NCBI GenBank assembly: GCA_964016885.1
Contig: OZ024740.1
Span: 18,538,001-18,602,000 of the forward strand
DNA: 64,000 nt
Source: Eledone cirrhosa
Lineage: Eukaryota
Reading direction: 5' to 3'
The position numbers and the translations under genes are program-made. Within the stretch, counting starts at the first letter, position 1, and every line of letters starts with the position of its first letter. A model generated the notes under the pieces. It worked only from the letters and a program-made list of their open reading frames with translations, was not told where the DNA came from and ran no database searches. Shown here one piece after another: positions 56,701 to 64,000 of the stretch.

Positions 56701-57950
56701 TTATAATGTCCCAGTTGACCTATACTAAAGGACTTCACTGATAGTGTTATGTGTGTTATAATGTGCCAGTTGACCTATACTTAAGGGATTCACTGATAGT
56801 GTTATGTGTGTTATAATGTCCCAGTTGACCTATACTAAAGGGCTTCACTGATAGTGTTATGTGTGTTATAATGTCTCAGTTGACCTATACTAAAGGACTT
56901 CACTGATAGGGTTATGTGTGTTATAATGTCCCAGTTGACCTATACTAAAGGACTTCACTGATAGTGTTATGTGTTATAATGTCCCAGTTGACCTATACTA
57001 AAGGACTTCACTGATAGTGTTATATGTGTTATAATGTCCAAGTTGACATATATTAAAGGACTTCACTGATAGGGTTATGTGTGTTATAATGTCCCAGTTG
57101 ACCTATACTAAAGGACTTCACTGATAGGGTTATGTGTGTTATAATGTCCAAGTTGACATATATTAAAGGACTTCACTGATAGGGTTATGTGTGTTATAAT
57201 GTCCCAGTTGACCTATACTAAAGGACTTCACTGATAGGGTTATGTGTGTTATAATGTCCCAGTTGACCTATACTAAAGGACTTCACTGATAGGGTTATGT
57301 GTGTTATAATGTCCCAGTTGACCTATACTAAAGGGCTTCACTGATAGTGTTATGTGTGTTATAATGTCCAAGTTGACATATATTAAAGGACTTCACTGAT
57401 AGGGTTATGTGTGTTATAATGTCCCAGTTGACCTATACTAAAGGACTTCACTGATAGGGTTATGTGTGTTATAATGTCCCAGTTGACCTATACTAAAGGA
57501 CTTCACTGATAGGGTTATGTGTGTTATAATTTCCCAGTTGACCTATACTAAAGGACTTCACTGATAGTGTTATGTGTGTTATAACGTGCCAGTTGACCTA
57601 TACTTAAGGGATTCACTGATAGTGTTATGTGTGTTATAATGTCCCAGTTGACCTATACTAAAGGGCTTCACTGATAGTGTTATGTGTGTTATAATGTCTC
57701 AGTTGACCTATACTAAAGGACTTCACTGATAGGGTTATGTGTGTTATAATGTCCCAGTTGACCTATACTAAAGGACTTCACTGATAGTGTTATGTGTTAT
57801 AATGTCCCAGTTGACCTATACTAAAGGACTTCACTGATAGTGTTATATGTGTTATAATGTCCCAGTTGACATATATTAAAGGACTTCACTGATAGGGTTA
57901 TGTGTGTTATAATGTCCCAGTTGACCTATACTAAAGGACTTCACTGATAG
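44770..57950. repeat. HOR domain C: bipartite 3.2-3.6 kb unit (58-65 monomers), about 3.8 copies
   Basis: GGAGTT at 46170, 49345, 52790, 56345 (spacings 3175, 3445, 3555). CAGAG occurs twice per unit: 45985, 47901, 49160, 51239, 52605, 54739, 56160. Confidence 0.9.
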
Positions 57951-59499
57951 GGTTATGTGTGTTATAATGTCCCAGTTGACCTATACTAAAGGACTTCACT
58001 GATAGTGTTATGTGTGTTATAATGTCCCAGTTGACCTATACTAAAGGACTTCACTGATAGTGTTATGTGTGTTATAATGTCCCAGTTGACCTATACTAAA
58101 GGACTTCACTGATAGTGTTATGTGTTATAATGTCCCAGTTGACCTATACTAAAGGGCTCCATTGATAGTGTTATGTGTGTTATAATGTCCCAGTTGACCT
58201 ATACTAAAGGGCTTCACTGATAGTGTTATGTGTGTTATAATGTCCCAGTTGACCTATACTAACGGGCTTCACTGATAGGGTTACGTGTGTTATAATGTCC
58301 CAGTTGACCTATACTAAAGGATTTCACTGATAGTGTTATGTGTGTTATAATGTCCCAGTTGACCTATACTAACGGGCTTCACTGATAGTGTTTTGTGTGT
58401 TATAATGTCCAAGTTGACCTATACTAACGGGCTTCACTGATAGGGTTATGTGTGTTATAATGTCCCAGTTGACCTATACTAACGGGCTTCACTGATAGTG
58501 TTTTGTGTGTTATAATGTCCCAGTTGACCTATACTAACGGGCTTTACTGATAGTGCTTTGTGTGTTATAATGTCCAAGTTGACCTATACTAAAGGGCTTC
58601 ACTGATAACGTTATGTGTGTTATAATTTCCCAGTTGACCTATACTAATGGATTTCACTGATAGTGTCATGTGTGTTATAATATCCCAGTTGACCTATACT
58701 AAAGGGCTTCACTGATAGGGTTATGTGTGTTATAATGTCCCAGTTGACCTATACTAAAGGACTTCACTGATAGGGTTATGTGTTATAATGTCCCAGTTGA
58801 CCTATACTAAAGGGCTTCACTGATAGTGTTATGTGTGTTATAATGTCCCAGTTGACCTATACTAAAGGACTTCACTGATAGGGTTATGTGTGTTATAATT
58901 TCCCAGTTGACCTATACTAAAGGACTTCACTGATAGGGTTATGTGTGTTATAATGTCCCATTTGACCTATACTTAAGGGCTTCACTGATAGTGTTATGTG
59001 TGTTATAATGTCCCAGTTGACCTATACTAAAGGACTTCACTGATAGTGTTATGTGTGTTATAATGTCCCAGTTGAACTATACTAAAAGACTTCACTGATA
59101 GTGTTATGTGTGTTATAATGTCCCAGTTGACCTATACTAAAGGGCTTCACTGATAATGTTATGTGTGTTATAATTTCCCAGTTGACCTATACTAATGGAC
59201 TTCACTGATAGTGTCATGTGTGTTATAATGTCCCAGTTAACCTATACTAACGGGCTTCACTGATAGGGTTATGTGTGTTATAGTGTCCCAGTTGACCTAT
59301 ACTAAAGGGCTTCACTGACAGGGTTATGTGTGTTATAATGTCCCAGTTGACCTATACTAAAAGACTTCACTGATAGGGTTATGTGTGTTATAATGTCCCA
59401 GTTGACCTATACTAAAGGACTTCACTGATAGTGTTATGTGGGTTGTAATGTCCCAGTTGACCTATACTAAACGTCTTCACTGATAGTGTTATGTGTGTT

Positions 59500-62400
59500 A
59501 TAATGTCCCAGTTGACCTATACTAAACGGCTTCACTGATAGTGTTATGTGTGTTATAATGTCCAAGTTGACCTATACTAAAGGACTTCACTGATATGGTT
59601 ATGTGTGTTATAATGTCCCAGTTGACCTATACTAAAGGGCTCCATTGATAGTGTTATGTGTGTTATAATGTCCCAGTTGACCTATACTTAAGGGCTTCAC
59701 TGATAGTGTTACGTGTGTTATAATGTCCCAGTTGACCTATACTAAAGGGCTTCACTGATAGTGTTATGTGTGTTATAATGTCTCACTTGACCTATACTAA
59801 AGGGCTTCACTGATAGTGTTATGTGTGTTATAATGTCCCAGTTGACCTATACTAAAGGACTTCACTGATCGGGTTATGTGTGTTATAATGTCCCAGTTGA
59901 CCTATACTAAAGGGCTTCACTGATAGTGTTATGTGTTATAATGTCCCAGTTGACCTATACTTAAGGGCTTCACTGATAGTGTTACGTGTGTTATAATGTC
60001 CCAGTTGACCTATACTAAAGGGCTTCACTGATAGGGTTATGTGTGTAATAATGTCCCAGTTGACCTATACTAAAGGGCTTCACTGATAGTGTTATGTGTG
60101 TTATAATGTCCCAGTTGACCTATACTTAAGGGCTTCACTGATAGTGTTACGTGTGTTATAATGTCCCAGTTGACCTATACTAAAAGGCTCCACTGATAGG
60201 CTTATATGTGTTATAATGTCCCAGTTGACCTATACTAAAGGGCTCCATTGATAGTGTTATGTGTGTTATAATGTCCCAGTTGACCTATACTAAAGGGCTT
60301 CACTGATAGTGTTATGTGTGTTATAATGTCTCACTTGACCTATACTAAAGGGCTTCACTGATAGTGTTATGTGTGTTATAATGTCCCAGTTGACCTATAC
60401 TAAAGGACTTCACTGATCGGGTTATGTGTGTTATAATGTCCCAGTTGACCTATACTAAAGGACTTCACTGATAGTGTTATGTGTGTTATAATGTCCCAGT
60501 TGACCTATACTAAAGGGCTTCACTGATAGTGTTATGTGTTATAATGTCCCAGTTGACCTATACTTAAGGGCTTCACTGATAGTGTTACGTGTGTTATAAT
60601 GTCCCAGTTGACCTATACTAAAGGGCTTCACTGATAGGGTTATGTGTGTTATAATGTCCCAGTTGACCTATACTAAAGGGCTTCACTGATAGTGTTATGT
60701 GTGTTATAATGTCCCAGTTGACCTATACTAAAGGACTTCACTGATAGTGTTATGTGTGTTATAATGTCCCAGTTGACCTATACTAAAGTCTTCACTGATA
60801 TGGTTATGTGTGTTATAATGTCCCAGTTGACCTATACTAAAGGGCTCCATTGATAGTGTTATGTGTGTTATAACGTCCCAGTTGACCTATACTAAAGGAC
60901 TTCACTGATAGTGTTATGTGTTATAACGTCCCAGTTGACCTATACTAAAGGGCTCCATTGATAGTGTTATGTGTGTTACAATGTCCCAGTTGACCTATAC
61001 TTAAGGGCTCCATTGATAGTGTTATGTGTTATAATGTCCCAGTTGACCTATACTAAAGGACTTCACTGATCGGGTTATGTGTGTTATAATGTCCCAGTTG
61101 ACCTATACTTAAGGGCTTCACTGATAGTGTTACGTGTGTTATAATGTCCCAGTTGACCTATACTTAAGGGCTTCACTGATAGTGTTACGTGTGTTATAAT
61201 GTCCCAGTTGACCTATACTTAAGGGCTTCACTGATAGGGTTATGTGTGTTATAATGTCCCAGTTGACCTATACTAAAGGACTTCACTGATCGGGTTATGT
61301 GTGTTATAATGTCCCAGTTGACCTATACTAAAGGGCTTCACTGATAGTGTTATGTGTTATAATGTCCCAGTTGACCTATACTAAAGGGCTTCACTGATAG
61401 TGTTATGTGTGTTATAATGTCCCAGTTGACCTATACTAAAGGACTTCACTGATAGTGTTATGTGTGTTATAATGTCTCAGTTGACCTATACTAATGGATT
61501 TCACTGATAGTGTCATGTGTGTTATAATGTCTCAGTTGACCTATACTAAAGGGCTTCACTGACAGGGTTATGTGTTATAATGTCCCAGTTGACTTATACT
61601 AAAGGACTTCACTGATAGTGTTATGTGTTATAATGTCCCAGTTGACTTATACTAAAGACTTCACTGATAGTGTTATGTGTGTTATAATGTCCCAGTTGAC
61701 CTATACTAAAGGACTTCACTGATAGGGTTATGTGTGTTATAATGTCCCAGTTGACCTATACTAAAAGACTTCACTGATAGTGTTATGTGTGTTATAATGT
61801 CCCAGTTGACCTATACTAAAAGACTTCACTGATAGGGTTATGTGTTATAATGTCCCAGTTGATCTATACTAAAGGGCTTCACTGATAGTGTTATGTGTGT
61901 TATAATGTCCCAGTTGACCTATACTAAAGGACTTCACTGATAGTGTTATGTGTGTTATAATGTCCCAGTTGACCTATACTAAAGGACTTCACTGATAGGG
62001 TTATGTGTGTTATAATGTCCCAGTTGACCTATACTAAATGACTTCACTGATAGGGTTATGTGTGTTATAATGTCCCAGTTGACCTATACTAAAGGACTTC
62101 ACTGATAGGGTTATGTGTGTTATAATGTCCCAGTTGACCTATACTTAAGGGCTTCACTGATAGTGTTATGTGGGTTGTAATGTCCCAGTTGACCTATACT
62201 AAACGTCTTCACCGATAGTGATATGTGTGTTATAATGTCCAAGTTGACCTATAATAAAGGACTACACTGAAAGTGTTATGTGTGTTATAATGTCCCTGTT
62301 GACCTATACTAAACGGCTTCACTGATAGTGTTATGTGGGTTGTAATGTCCCAGTTGACCTATACTAAACGTCTTCACCGATAGTGTTATGTGTGTTATAA

Positions 62401-64000
62401 TGTCCAAGTTGACCTATAATAAAGGACTACACTGAAAGTGTTATGTGTGTTATAATGTCCCAGTTGACCTATACTAAACGGCTTCACTGATAGTGTTATG
62501 TGTGTTATAATGTCCAAGTTGACCTATACTAAAGGACTTCACTGATATGGTTATGTGTGTTATAATGTCCCAGTTGACGTATACTAAAGGGCTCCATTGA
62601 TAGTGTTATGTGTGTTATAATGTCCCAGTTGACCTATACTTAAGGGCTTCACTGATAGTGTTACGTGTGTTATAATGTCCCAGTTGACCTATACTAAAGG
62701 GCTTCACTGATAGTGTTATGTGTGTTATAATGTCTCACTTGACCTATACTAAAGGGCTTCACTGATAGTGTTATGTGTGTTATAATGTCCCAGTTGATCT
62801 ATACTAAAGGACTTCACTGATCGGGTTATGTGTGTTATAATGTCCCAGTTGACCTATACTAAAGGGCTTCACTGATAGTGTTATGTGTTATAATGTCCCA
62901 GTTGACCTATACTTAAGGGCTTCACTGATAGTGTTACGTGTGTTATAATGTCCCAGTTGGCCTATACTAAAGGGCTTCACTGATAGGGTTATGTGTGTAA
63001 TAATGTCCCAGTTGACCTATACTAAAGGGCTTCACTGATAGTGTTATGTGTGTTATAATGTCCCAGTTGACCTATACTTAAGGGCTTCACTGATAGTGTT
63101 ACGTGTGTTATAATGTCCCAGTTGACCTATACTAAAAGGCTCCACTGATAGGCTTATATGTGTTATAATGTCCCAGTTGACCTATACTAAAGGGCTCCAT
63201 TGATAGTGTTATGTGTGTTATAATGTCCCAGTTGACCTATACTAAAGGGCTTCACTGATAGTGTTATGTGTGTTATAATGTCTCACTTGACCTATACTAA
63301 AGGGCTTCACTGATAGTGTTATGTGTGTTATAATGTCCCAGTTGACCTATACTAAAGGACTTCACTGATCGGGTTATGTGTGTTATAATGTCCCAGTTGA
63401 CCTATACTAAAGGACTTCACTGATAGTGTTATGTGTGTTATAATGTCCCAGTTGACCTATACTAAAGGGCTTCACTGATAGTGTTATGTGTTATAATGTC
63501 CCAGTTGACCTATACTTAAGGGCTTCACTGATAGTGTTACGTGTGTTATAATGTCCCAGTTGACCTATACTAAAGGGCTTCACTGATAGGGTTATGTGTG
63601 TTATAATGTCCCAGTTGACCTATACTAAAGGGCTTCACTGATAGTGTTATGTGTGTTATAATGTCCCAGTTGACCTATACTAAAGGACTTCACTGATAGT
63701 GTTATGTGTGTTATAATGTCCCAGTTGACCTATACTAAAGTCTTCACTGATATGGTTATGTGTGTTATAATGTCCCAGTTGACCTATACTAAAGGGCTCC
63801 ATTGATAGTGTTATGTGTGTTATAATGTCCCAGTTGACCTATACTAAAGGACTTCACTGATAGTGTTATGTGTTATAACGTCCCAGTTGACCTATACTAA
63901 AGGGCTCCATTGATAGTGTTATGTGTGTTACAATGTCCCAGTTGACCTATACTTAAGGGCTCCATTGATAGTGTTATGTGTTATAATGTCCCAGTTGACC
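59500..64000. repeat. HOR domain D: 2,952-bp (54-monomer) unit, ~1.5 copies visible, with an internal 548-bp repeat
   Basis: AAACGG 59524/62476, CTCAC 59782/62734 and 60330/63282, AAAGTC 60785/63737, all 2,952 bp apart. The CTCAC pair within each unit is 548 bp (10 monomers) apart. Confidence 0.9.

Larger units (their letters stand above)
1..64000. repeat. Tandem satellite array, 55-bp monomer (52-54 bp variants), about 1,170 copies, single orientation, runs off both window ends
   Basis: Monomer 1-55 recurs continuously to 64000, typically with 0-4 differences per copy. Common polymorphisms are G/A at monomer position 30, T/G at position 43 and TATGTGTGTT vs TATGTGTT. Nearly every copy has GTTGAC (HincII) and TTATAA (PsiI) sites. 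No non-repeat sequence seen. Confidence 0.99.

Noticed and set aside
1-64000. CRISPR array or other repeat-spacer system
   Set aside because: No unique spacers: every position belongs to the repeating monomer, and no cas genes or leader are present.
1-64000. Repetitive protein-coding ORF
   Set aside because: The consensus has stops in all three + frames (monomer positions 2, 14, 24, 37, 40). On the - strand one frame is open per monomer, but the 55/53-bp period shifts it into a stop within about two monomers.
1-64000. Telomeric repeat array
   Set aside because: TAGGGTTA in the G43 allele resembles TTAGGG but occurs once per monomer and never in tandem.
1-64000. Transposon insertion, inversion, tRNA or rRNA-derived unit
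   Set aside because: No break in periodicity or strand switch was seen, and there is no recognisable cloverleaf, Pol III boxes or rRNA similarity. A Helitron or MITE origin of the monomer cannot be judged without flanks.
1-64000. Variant order as a functional code or information store
   Set aside because: The order is adequately explained by nested duplication and monomer indels; nothing in the sequence indicates a readout mechanism.

Overview
The whole 64 kb window is one uninterrupted head-to-tail tandem array of about 1,170 copies of a 55-bp monomer. Consensus: ATAATGTCCCAGTTGACCTATACTAAAGG[G/A]CTTCACTGATAG[T/G]GTTATGTGTGTT (~36-40% GC, no CpG). Length variants of 52-54 bp arise mostly from loss of one TG or one base. 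I see no genes, RNA genes, transposon insertions, inversions or unique spacers. It looks like eukaryotic satellite DNA (inference); I do not recognise the family or the organism. The information lies in the order of monomer variants, which defines successive higher-order-repeat (HOR) domains with different, nested periods: ~6.25-6.3 kb (A), ~2.4 kb with a 4,751-bp dimer (B), ~4.1-4.2 kb (B'), a bipartite 3.2-3.6 kb unit (C) and 2,952 bp (D). Short, more diverged junction patches separate some domains. Each 55-bp monomer also matches a sigma70-type promoter layout, and one allele carries a partial tetO match; both are probably coincidental but testable. I found no support for a new protein-coding or CRISPR-like system. 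All periods were measured by eye from diagnostic variants, and domain edges are approximate.
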